A DNA stretch of 31,548 nt from Bdellovibrionota bacterium FG-2 (GTDB taxonomy: Bacteria > Bdellovibrionota > UBA1018): the NCBI GenBank assembly GCA_051382305.1, contig JBBCAV010000290.1, forward strand, positions 1-31,548, read 5' to 3'. The notes beneath the pieces are model-generated. The model was not told where the DNA came from, searched no databases, and saw only the letters and a program-made list of their open reading frames with translations. The first letter of the stretch is position 1, and each line of letters starts with the position of its first letter. A program made the position numbers and the translations under genes. This document shows positions 1 through 8,224 of the stretch, piece after piece.

Positions 1-47
1 TATTTACAATCCCAGGTCGTATGACTTCCTTTTTTGTAGTCCTGCAT
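1..47 (-). CDS. tnpA: IS200/IS605-family transposase TnpA, 5' end only (continues beyond the window start)
   Basis: The reverse complement from ATG at 47 reads MQDYKKGSHTTWDCK(Y), matching the typical Y1 TnpA N-terminus (xYxxGSHTxWDCKYH). A GGGGG purine run precedes it. Not in the supplied ORF track. Confidence 0.8.
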   Translation of the reverse strand, partial: MQDYKKGSHTTWDCK

Positions 48-114
48 TCCCCCAACATGAGGCACCGGTCGCCTAAAGGCGAGGGGTTTTCAGATCCCGG
101 AGGGGGGACTCTAA
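1..114 (-). mobile_element. Left end of an IS200/IS605-family insertion sequence
   Basis: Subterminal hairpin tcgcct-aa-aggcga (69-82) and a second stem atccc-ggaggg-gggac (94-109) lie upstream of the tnpA start, as expected for HUH Y1 element ends. The exact cleavage point (~112-116) is not determined. Confidence 0.7.
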
Positions 115-142
115 AAACGTTCGGTCGGCGGGACGACGGATA

Positions 143-166
143 CTTATATGTACGGCATTATGTAAG
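143..166. promoter_or_regulatory. Imperfect palindrome, possible operator of the downstream XRE regulator
   Basis: cttatat-N10-atgtaag (6/7 inverted match) about 95 nt upstream of the HTH gene start. Confidence 0.3.
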
Positions 167-260
167 GGTTATCCTCATTGGTTGGTCGTCAGACCGACCA
201 CACGTCGTCCCGCCAGAAACAATTTACCAATTCACAAACTAAACCGAAAGGAGAGCATAG

Positions 261-581
261 ATGGCTTTGAAAATTCATGTCGTATTAAAGCGGCTCCTTT
301 TGGAGCGAAAGATCACCGTCACGCAGCTCGCAAAGCTCGCGTCAGTTCCACACTCTACGTTATCAACATGGATGATCCCTGGCTCCAAGCCTAAGGATCC
401 GGAGCAAGTGGCACGCGTGGCCAAGGCTCTAAGCGTGACCATGCATCAGTTGTATTTTGATGAACCAGAAATCGAGTCCGCGTTGGAAGGGCTTCCTACG
501 GAGCTATTTATTGATGGGATATATCGCCTGCGGTTGGATCGCATTTTGGTTCCAAAACGAAAAAAGGGAGAAGGTGGTTAG
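261..581 (+). CDS. XRE/Cro-C1 helix-turn-helix transcriptional regulator
   Basis: LKRLLLERKITVTQLAKLASVPHSTLSTW...EQVARVAKALSVTMHQL is the HTH_XRE pattern. RBS aggag lies upstream. Confidence 0.85.
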   Translation: MALKIHVVLKRLLLERKITVTQLAKLASVPHSTLSTWMIPGSKPKDPEQVARVAKALSVTMHQLYFDEPEIESALEGLPTELFIDGIYRLRLDRILVPKRKKGEGG

Positions 582-701
582 CAAAAACGCGGGAATGTTC
601 GTTTAACGGTGCACAAAATTAACCGGAAAAATCGAACCACCGTAACTTAAGTGGCGGACTTGGTCGCAAAGTAAAAACATGCACTCATAAGGGAGGCTTA
701 A

Positions 702-1847
702 ATGGGTTCGGAGCAAAAAGGTGACAAGGAATCGGACGAGCAAAGCGAATTCGAAAGATTCTTTGGAGAGGCGTACAAATCAAAAGCGACAGATTTTGAT
801 GTAAATGTCCATATAGCCATAGTCGGTAAGGTTAGCGCGGGGAAAAGCTCACTTCTGAACGCAATCTTAGGATGTGATCGCTCCAATCCAACGGCGACAG
901 TTGGCGTAAAATCAGGAATAACGACAAAGGTCACCCCGTACCAACTCGATAAACATGTTCTCATTATAGACTGCCCTGGTCTTGATGACGTTAGAAAAGA
1001 GAATAGTGACCAGACAAAACACTTTCTTAGTGAAATTGATCTTGGTCTTTTTGTCGTAACCGGTTCCTCAGATGCCTCGCAAAAATCGAATTACGAAGAT
1101 CTGAAGCGTAGTTCAAAGAAAACAATTGTCATTCTCAATAAGATTGATGAGTGGAAAGATATTGATGGCGGTTATGAAGAAGTGCTTGCTCAATGGAAAG
1201 CGGATCTGGGGGCGGAAAAGATTTTCGCAACATGCACTAAGGGGTACGATCCAAAATTCAGGAAAGATGCCCCTATGGACCTCAGCGGAGTAAATGAGGT
1301 ACGGGAGGAAATATTTGATTTTTTAGAAAAAGAGGGGAAGGCTATTCTCCTCGCCAGACACTTAAAAAACAGAGGCAACTACGCCATCGCAATAATCTCC
1401 ACCGCACTTATCGCCGTCGGAGCAGAGGCATTTATCCCCGGTAGCGCTGCGTATATCACAGCAACTCAAGTTGTTGCCATCACATCACTTCAGTACCTTT
1501 ATACTGGCATCACCCCTAGCAAAAAATCTGTTTTTGGTCTTCTCCCAGCCTTTATTGGCGAAAGCGTCGGAATGAACCTATTCCTTTTCGTGAAATCATT
1601 TATTCCACCGACAGGTATTCTTGACGTAGTTGCCGCCGGCGTTGCTGTTTTGGTGACATTTGCAATGCTAGCCACTGTGAAATGGATGCTCAAACAGGGA
1701 TTCAGCCTTGAGGAGACGGAACGTCTAAAAACTGCCTTCAATAAATATAAATCCCTCGGAGCACAGTTTAGCAAAATGTCCCGGAGTGATTTGAGAGATA
1801 AGAATAGCGTGAGTAATTTAATTAGACGACTTCTCTCTGGCAGCTAA
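702..1847 (+). CDS. Era/MMR_HSR1-like GTPase with hydrophobic C-terminal region (YcjF/DUF697-like)
   Basis: G1 GKVSAGKS, G2 GITT, G3 DCPG, G4 NKID. C-terminal hydrophobic helices (AIAIISTALIAVGA; ILDVVAAGVAVLVTFAML). RBS gggagg. Confidence 0.85.
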   Translation: MGSEQKGDKESDEQSEFERFFGEAYKSKATDFDVNVHIAIVGKVSAGKSSLLNAILGCDRSNPTATVGVKSGITTKVTPYQLDKHVLIIDCPGLDDVRKENSDQTKHFLSEIDLGLFVVTGSSDASQKSNYEDLKRSSKKTIVILNKIDEWKDIDGGYEEVLAQWKADLGAEKIFATCTKGYDPKFRKDAPMDLSGVNEVREEIFDFLEKEGKAILLARHLKNRGNYAIAIISTALIAVGAEAFIPGSAAYITATQVVAITSLQYLYTGITPSKKSVFGLLPAFIGESVGMNLFLFVKSFIPPTGILDVVAAGVAVLVTFAMLATVKWMLKQGFSLEETERLKTAFNKYKSLGAQFSKMSRSDLRDKNSVSNLIRRLLSGS

Positions 1848-2016
1848 ATTGGAAGATAACGAAAAGTGGCCTGCCCCAGCCGGAAAAGGAGCGGAGAGTA
1901 GTAATAATCAAAAAGCAGCATAACTGGAGTCTGTGTGAACAACGAGAGCGTAAAAATCACGACCGCCAGCCGGGACACAAGGGCAATGAAAAGAAAGAAT
2001 TGAAGAAAAGGATACT

Positions 2017-2934
2017 ATGGCCGACAAACCCGACTTCATATTTTCAATTTCAGAAAAGGCTCGGCGTGGCGAGTTGGATGTCTGTGTTGGGCGGGAGCGT
2101 GACATCGAAAATTTGGAAAATCTGCTCAACTCCGAAGCTTCGCAGAGCGTGCTCTTGCTTGGGCCGGCCGGGGTAGGCAAGACGGAGCTGGTGCGTGGGC
2201 TGGCTCAGGCGTTGGTCGATAGGCAAGCCGAATGCGAGCTATATGAGCTCGACTTAACTTCCTTTGAGGCGAACACGAAATACGTTGGAGAGTTGCAGTC
2301 GAAGCTCGATCAGCTTTACGCGTTTGCGGCCGCAAAAAAGAAAGCCGTCTTCTTTATTGATGAATTTCACAGCCTAATTGGGATCGGTACCTCTACCGGC
2401 AAGAGCAGTGGTATAGAGCAAAATCTCAAGGTAGCAATGACCTCGGGTCGGCTGCACGTAATTGCCGCAACGACAGACAAAGAATTCGAACGTTTCGTTG
2501 CGGGAGATTCAGCGCTGGCGCGCCGTTTTGCGAGATGGCCAGTCAGTGAGCTTTCGGAGGAGACCACGCTTCTTGTGTTGAAGCGTACAAATCAGACAGG
2601 CAGAGTTCGTGGGCTAACATACTTCACTGAAGGTGCGCTTCGTAAAATCGTTACCACATCACGTTCTATTTACCCGAATGTCGCAAACCCCGCTCGTTCG
2701 ATCAAGATTTACAATGAGCTGCGAATCAGTTTCGGAACAAACAAACAGAAGGACGTGGCTTTCAATACGGAGCCAGCCAAGGTATTGGCCGCCCTAGCTA
2801 AGGCCGCCGGGCCACAGACATCCTCAGTGGAAATCAACCAACTCCTGTCAAAATTCATTTCAGTGCCCTCTCAAGCGCCCCGCGAAGAATCCGAAGTAAT
2901 TAACGCTGTCAGCGGCATGAAGGAAAATCCATGA
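2017..2934 (+). CDS. Stand-alone ClpA/ClpB-type AAA+ ATPase (NBD1 only)
   Basis: ARRGELDxxVGRE, Walker A GPAGVGKT, pore loop KYVG, Walker B FFIDEFH, IAATT, Arg fingers ALARRF. No Clp N-domain, M-domain or NBD2. Confidence 0.85.
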   Translation: MADKPDFIFSISEKARRGELDVCVGRERDIENLENLLNSEASQSVLLLGPAGVGKTELVRGLAQALVDRQAECELYELDLTSFEANTKYVGELQSKLDQLYAFAAAKKKAVFFIDEFHSLIGIGTSTGKSSGIEQNLKVAMTSGRLHVIAATTDKEFERFVAGDSALARRFARWPVSELSEETTLLVLKRTNQTGRVRGLTYFTEGALRKIVTTSRSIYPNVANPARSIKIYNELRISFGTNKQKDVAFNTEPAKVLAALAKAAGPQTSSVEINQLLSKFISVPSQAPREESEVINAVSGMKENP

Positions 2935-4583
2935 GTCTTTTAAATCGATTAAGAACACCAGGAGCGACCCAAAAGTCAAATCAAGTTCTTGAGAGCAACC
3001 TCACAGCTCCAGAGAGTGGAGATGATCTTAAGATCTTGATTGCCGGAGAAGTAAATGCTGGAAAATCCTCATTCATAAATGCCTTGATGGGTGAAGCGAT
3101 TTTGCCCGCTAAACTGTCAGGGCATACCGCCGCCATCCACCACTGCAATTACTCAGATAGGAAATACTGCAGTGTTTATTTCAAAGACGACGCTTTGCCT
3201 CCAAGGGAACTTGCCGGGGATCGCGCCTCGCTTGAGGCTTTTATGGATGAGGGAGGCAAGGACGTACGCTACATCGAACTTGGTCATGAAATGATACCCC
3301 GTGGGGTCGTGCTTATCGACACTCCCGGAATCAACGATCCAGACCCTTACCGCGACTCACTTGTTACGGCGTTTATGGCGGACTCCGATGCGTTACTCTT
3401 TATTTTCGACATCAATACACCGTTGAAGGCGACCGAGGTTGAATTTCTGAATGGTCACCTAAAAAAATACAGGCTCTCGGCATGCCTTTTTCTCGCTAAC
3501 AAGGTTGATATTGATTTCGCAGGACGAGATCTGGCGAAGACCCATAATCAGTTTCTTGAGATGCTTCACAAATACGTCTCCAGCGAAATCCAACCCGAGC
3601 AAGCGATCCTGGTTTCAGCAAAGGCAACACCGGACACTGATCCCGATGGCCGACTTTCGCCGCAGAATGTGGTAGCAGCCTTGAACGGCATACTAAGTCA
3701 AAAGGTTGATCTTATCGCGAAACGCCACTTGAAACGCGCCTACACTGAAAAAATAAAGAGCATAGAACACATCAGAGCCCTACATTCACGACTTACGCAG
3801 GATCAGCAAGGGCTCCAAGCACTTATTAATCGCTATTTGGCTCGTGGGAGATCATTGCTCGCGATGCATAATGAGCTTCAGAAAGATCGTCACAAATTCC
3901 TGGAAGATGTCAGTGGCGCTATTGACGCCAAGTTCAAAGCTCTTGCCATCGCTATCGCACCTCTGCTGGATTATCCTCCAGATCAGTTTGAGCGGTCTGC
4001 ATCTGAAATGGTTGCTAAAGGAGTGGAGGATATTAAGGAATTCGTTAGCCGCCGCTCGAACAGGAGTGCATGCCTTATAGCATTGGGGGACCTCGACCTT
4101 GCAAGTTTGTCAGCCGAACACCAGGCAAAGCAATTTGATGCACACCAGGGACATGCCGAACGTAGTGCCGACAGCGCCGTTTTACAGCAAGGGGCTGGAC
4201 TCGCCGCCACTGCGGCAATTTATGTTCTTCATCTCAATCCGATTATTGGCCTCGCTATTATGGGCTTCAGTCTGCTGAAGTCGCGCGCCCACGCTGCCGA
4301 AAGCAATGAAATGATCACTGATTTTAGAAATGATGCCTTGCAGAGAATTCAGAGCCGCCTAGCCAACGCAAGAAACGAAATCCTCGAGTACATTGTTCGT
4401 TGGTATGACGACTTATGCGTGGAATCGGAGAGGGTTATCAAAAACTACTTAATTGATTTTCTTTCTATCACAAGCGCTGAGCCCAATTCTGATCAAAACC
4501 CTGTGGAGCTCGCGCGGCAGATCACGATCCTAGAATCCGAGTGCAAACAGATGATGTCCGAATACGGAGGAGATCGCAAATGA
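2931..4583 (+). CDS. Bacterial dynamin-like GTPase (Dynamin_N domain, helical stalk, hydrophobic paddle)
   Basis: G1 GEVNAGKS, G2 HTA, G3 DTPG, G4 NKVD. Long helical region with a hydrophobic segment GAGLAATAAIYVLHLNPIIGLAIMGFSLL. ATGA overlap with the upstream gene. Confidence 0.85.
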   Translation: MSLLNRLRTPGATQKSNQVLESNLTAPESGDDLKILIAGEVNAGKSSFINALMGEAILPAKLSGHTAAIHHCNYSDRKYCSVYFKDDALPPRELAGDRASLEAFMDEGGKDVRYIELGHEMIPRGVVLIDTPGINDPDPYRDSLVTAFMADSDALLFIFDINTPLKATEVEFLNGHLKKYRLSACLFLANKVDIDFAGRDLAKTHNQFLEMLHKYVSSEIQPEQAILVSAKATPDTDPDGRLSPQNVVAALNGILSQKVDLIAKRHLKRAYTEKIKSIEHIRALHSRLTQDQQGLQALINRYLARGRSLLAMHNELQKDRHKFLEDVSGAIDAKFKALAIAIAPLLDYPPDQFERSASEMVAKGVEDIKEFVSRRSNRSACLIALGDLDLASLSAEHQAKQFDAHQGHAERSADSAVLQQGAGLAATAAIYVLHLNPIIGLAIMGFSLLKSRAHAAESNEMITDFRNDALQRIQSRLANARNEILEYIVRWYDDLCVESERVIKNYLIDFLSITSAEPNSDQNPVELARQITILESECKQMMSEYGGDRK

Positions 4584-7500
4584 ATGAACAAGCCTTATTG
4601 ACCGCATTTATCGGAGTCACTGGAATTGTGGGCCTCGCATCGGCGTTTTATTATCGATACAATCTGCGCGCCGTTGGTGTCGCAACATTTCTTTACTGTG
4701 GGTGCGTCTGTACCTGGATTCTCCTTGGGGCGCCGCTCGGCCTCTGGTTCGCAGGTGTGGCATTACCGGCTTTGCTCCTGTTTGCAAAAGGGTATTTGTT
4801 CTCGTGGCGCCAGTCGCGCGGCCCCCAGCAGCTTGAAAACGTCACCTTCGCTGTGCGCCCTGAGAGAAGTGATATTTTGGGATACTCCAGCGTCTTGGTG
4901 CTTGGTTTGGTCGGCTACGAAGTGCAACTTGTAAATACCAATTGGGAGTCTCCGGGTTATCTCGCCATAGGTGTCATAGCCCATCTCGCGAACGTCATCC
5001 TAATTGTATTGACTTCAATTAGCCGTCGCATTGCAACGGAGCGGGGTCCGCGCTCTCGGGGCTGCCTTAATGGCGATGGTGAGAGAATCTTTGCGTGCGG
5101 AACAAGGGAAACGGGCAATTTTGACTTTGGCTTTCTTCAGAAGGGAAGAAATGAAAGACCGGGTGAAGGTTACTCTGAAGGAGAATTCAACAAGGATGGA
5201 AGTTTACTTAACGGTGAGATGCAGATTCAAGTAAAAACAGGCTCTTTTTGTCGCGGATCCGTGAGGGATGGCAATTTCACCGGCAAGAGAAGAAACGTCG
5301 AGTCGGACACAGGGACAGAAGTTGAGGAAGATGTAGTTGACGGAGAGGTCACATTCAGAACCGAGCATAGCAAGGACGGCTACTCCTACGAGGGGCATTA
5401 TAAAGATGGAGAGTGGCACGGGCTTGGGATCCTTAAAGGTCCAAAAGGAAAACACAAAACCGGAACTTTTGAAAAAGGCGAGTTTAAAGACGGAACTATT
5501 GATTGGATCGATGGCGATGGCAGTGCAGCAGTAGGTACATACCGAAACGGCACACTTGTGCAGGGCATGTGGAAAGCGTCCAATGGCCAAGTACAAACGG
5601 GTTTGTTTCGGCCTGACGACGGAACACTTCGTGTGGGCCGCATTGAACTTGCCGACGGGGGCTTGCGTGAAGGCTGGTTCCTGCCGTCGGGCCGACTCTC
5701 TCGTGGAAAGCAAATCTGTGAAAAGGATAAGACCGTTTTGCAGGGTCGGTTCACCGAAACCCCTGAGTACGTATTGGAGGAAAGTTTTCTTTACAGTCTC
5801 GATAGTGATGCAGATTATGAAACCGAGTGTCAGAAGTTTTTCTCCCAACAGATTGGGAAATCCAATGAAGCTACTTGGGAAAACTTGAAGGCGATACTAA
5901 CAAGGCTGGTCGCGGTAGACGAAAAATGCCGAGGCGAGATTACAGATTTTATTAAACAAATGGATCGACTGAGTCGGACTAAGGTTACCCGGATTGCAGT
6001 TATCGGTGAATTCAACTCGGGCAAGAGTTCATTTATCAACGCACTTCTAGGAGAAGAAGTGTCCCGCACAGCTGACGATGAGTGTACCGCTATTCCCATT
6101 CTAATCGGCTATGACCCACAGACAAAATATTTTGGCATCACCACGGACTGGACTGAGAATCCATTATCAAAAGCCGACTTTGAACGTTTCCAGACTCAAG
6201 GCTGCAATGATTACAAATATCTCAAAGTGATTGGCCCCTACCCAACTCTTTCACGTCTGAACATTGAGATTATTGACACGCCAGGGGTATCCTCCAAGGT
6301 CAACGGTCGAACAGAAGTTACTTTGGGCGCTGTTACCGATGCGGATGGCTGCTTTTTGTTGATGGATTCAGCGCAGGATGGATCCAAGTCATTTCTGGAG
6401 TTCGCCGATAAGGCTCGCGAGATCCAACCAAGAATGTTCTTCTTTGTGTCTCGTGCTGATATGCGAAGCGACGAGGAGATCCTCGAACATATTGAGGTAA
6501 CGGTGCCAAAGAATGCGAAACGATTCAAAGTGCCGAGTACCCACTTCCTCTTGATCGGAAAGGCTGAAAAAAGGCACGTTTGCACGGCCTCGAAGGCACT
6601 TAACGTCCTGACAAGTTACCTTCTTGACGAGCGTGCAAGTATTCAAGCCGAAAAGATAGGGAATTTTTCGATGTTGATACGCACTAAACTCGCCCCGCAT
6701 ATTACGGCCTTAGAGAATGTGGTGAATACGCGCATGTCAGATTTGAAAGACCGGCCCGATAGTTTTCGGCAAATCTGGCAATCCTGGCGGAAGGAAATCC
6801 ATGACTTAGATTGGAAGTCGGTACTTCAGAACTTCAATCAAAAGATCGAAGCCGACACAGTAAGTGTTCGGCAGGATGGTTTGGCGCGAATTGCCCAGGT
6901 TGTGGATGGTATCCTATTCCTGGTTGACGCCAACGATATAGAGAAGGTTCAAAAAATTGTTGATAGTGCTATGGCTGGCCAAAAACGAGCTCTGTCGCTG
7001 GCGATCAAACAACTCGCCCCGAATCTTACGATCGGATCTAATGAGGCGGCCAGAAGGGTTTATGCCATTCTTGACAGCAAGGGGATCAAGCAGGAGCCAT
7101 TTGAGCAACGAAGTTATGGCGGGCAGTTTTGTGGTCCTGAAGACATCGACCGCTATCTCAAGTACGGGCTCTACAAATTTATAGAGGATGCAGCCACAGG
7201 AGCAGTTGCCGGTAGCGAAGCCATGAGCAATACCGCGGCTTTAGGTAGGGGACTTCAGATCGCATTTCGCATGGACAGCATGGCAGTAGCCGTCGTCGCT
7301 GTGGGCGCTGCGGTCTTCGAAGGGCAAAACAAAAAAAGAGAACTTAAGTCCAAAGCCTCGGAATGCTTGAATGCTGCACTGACTAATTTGAATGGCATGG
7401 CCAGCGAGACGATTGCTAGGATCCCCGAGGTTACAGAATGGTTGTTTGAAAAGGCATCTCGAATCCTAATCGCGAAATATTCCGAGCTTTTTACCGATGA

Positions 7501-7630
7501 GTTTACCAAGGTCAAAATGGAAAAAGAGCGGCTACAAGAGCTGCAAAAGATGATCGGACTCACTTTTGAAATTATCGACACAATCAGTGCTTCCAAGCAA
7601 GAGTCAGGTCAAAGTCAAAAAGCGGCATAA
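4580..7630 (+). CDS. Dynamin-like GTPase with N-terminal transmembrane helices and MORN-like repeats
   Basis: Start moved to ATG 4580 (ATGA overlap, RBS ggagg). About 4-5 hydrophobic helices, then MORN-like units (YEGHYKDGEWHGLGILKGPKG). G1 GEFNSGKS, G2 CTA, G3 DTPG, G4-position SRAD. C-terminal helical region with AVAVVAVGAAVF. Confidence 0.8.
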   Translation: MNEQALLTAFIGVTGIVGLASAFYYRYNLRAVGVATFLYCGCVCTWILLGAPLGLWFAGVALPALLLFAKGYLFSWRQSRGPQQLENVTFAVRPERSDILGYSSVLVLGLVGYEVQLVNTNWESPGYLAIGVIAHLANVILIVLTSISRRIATERGPRSRGCLNGDGERIFACGTRETGNFDFGFLQKGRNERPGEGYSEGEFNKDGSLLNGEMQIQVKTGSFCRGSVRDGNFTGKRRNVESDTGTEVEEDVVDGEVTFRTEHSKDGYSYEGHYKDGEWHGLGILKGPKGKHKTGTFEKGEFKDGTIDWIDGDGSAAVGTYRNGTLVQGMWKASNGQVQTGLFRPDDGTLRVGRIELADGGLREGWFLPSGRLSRGKQICEKDKTVLQGRFTETPEYVLEESFLYSLDSDADYETECQKFFSQQIGKSNEATWENLKAILTRLVAVDEKCRGEITDFIKQMDRLSRTKVTRIAVIGEFNSGKSSFINALLGEEVSRTADDECTAIPILIGYDPQTKYFGITTDWTENPLSKADFERFQTQGCNDYKYLKVIGPYPTLSRLNIEIIDTPGVSSKVNGRTEVTLGAVTDADGCFLLMDSAQDGSKSFLEFADKAREIQPRMFFFVSRADMRSDEEILEHIEVTVPKNAKRFKVPSTHFLLIGKAEKRHVCTASKALNVLTSYLLDERASIQAEKIGNFSMLIRTKLAPHITALENVVNTRMSDLKDRPDSFRQIWQSWRKEIHDLDWKSVLQNFNQKIEADTVSVRQDGLARIAQVVDGILFLVDANDIEKVQKIVDSAMAGQKRALSLAIKQLAPNLTIGSNEAARRVYAILDSKGIKQEPFEQRSYGGQFCGPEDIDRYLKYGLYKFIEDAATGAVAGSEAMSNTAALGRGLQIAFRMDSMAVAVVAVGAAVFEGQNKKRELKSKASECLNAALTNLNGMASETIARIPEVTEWLFEKASRILIAKYSELFTDEFTKVKMEKERLQELQKMIGLTFEIIDTISASKQESGQSQKAA

Positions 7631-7661
7631 TAGATTTTTTCGTTCGACGGAGGTCGAGAGA

Positions 7662-8210
7662 ATGAGGAGAAAAACAGTCAAACAATCAGAGGACTTATTC
7701 GCGGGGATCCGAGTACTACTTTATGTTGCATTCCAGTTTGCTTTGGGGGCATTGGCCGTCATCGAAGGCGCACTTAATAAAACTGAACACCTTGGTTTGA
7801 TAATTTTGACTTGGGTTGTTTTTCTTTCCCTGACGTTTGTATTGCCGCGACGAATGTTTGACCTCACCACGCTTGACTTTAGGGCGTGGAAATCAACCTT
7901 CCGGCTCATCTTTTGGGGATCTGCCTTTCTGAGTGGGATCGTGGTTTATGTGGTAGCCAATCAGATTGGCGGATCGTTATGGCTACCGTACATGACGCTA
8001 TACCATGGTCTTTTTTGTATTCTTGTGGGATGCTTTTGCGCATTTGTGATTCGGAAGAAAAGGATCCCAGAAGCAGAAACGTTGAGAGATCCTGGAACCA
8101 TGGGTTCCAGTGTTCAGGCCGTGCTGCAAAAGTTTAGCTTGAAACGCGCGAAGACGCAGAATCATTCTCCTAATAACGAAGAGCAAATACTCCGACAAAA
8201 ATCGAGTTAA
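7662..8210 (+). CDS. Hypothetical integral membrane protein (~4 TM helices)
   Basis: Four hydrophobic segments. Start placed at ATG 7662 after ggagg, which avoids a long overlap with the upstream gene. Confidence 0.65.
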   Translation: MRRKTVKQSEDLFAGIRVLLYVAFQFALGALAVIEGALNKTEHLGLIILTWVVFLSLTFVLPRRMFDLTTLDFRAWKSTFRLIFWGSAFLSGIVVYVVANQIGGSLWLPYMTLYHGLFCILVGCFCAFVIRKKRIPEAETLRDPGTMGSSVQAVLQKFSLKRAKTQNHSPNNEEQILRQKSS

Positions 8211-8224
8211 CATCGCTGATCGCC

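Noticed and set aside
141-170. Possible dif/pdif (XerCD) site because of ttatgtaa
   Set aside because: The XerD arm is incomplete (ttatgtaaggg versus ttatgttaaat) and there is no XerC arm at 6-bp spacing; kept only as a possible operator.
21-394. Short ORFs 21-242 and 182-394, and the many antisense or overlapping ORFs in the track
   Set aside because: They overlap the IS end or well-supported genes, lack RBS or motifs, and are best explained as shadow ORFs.
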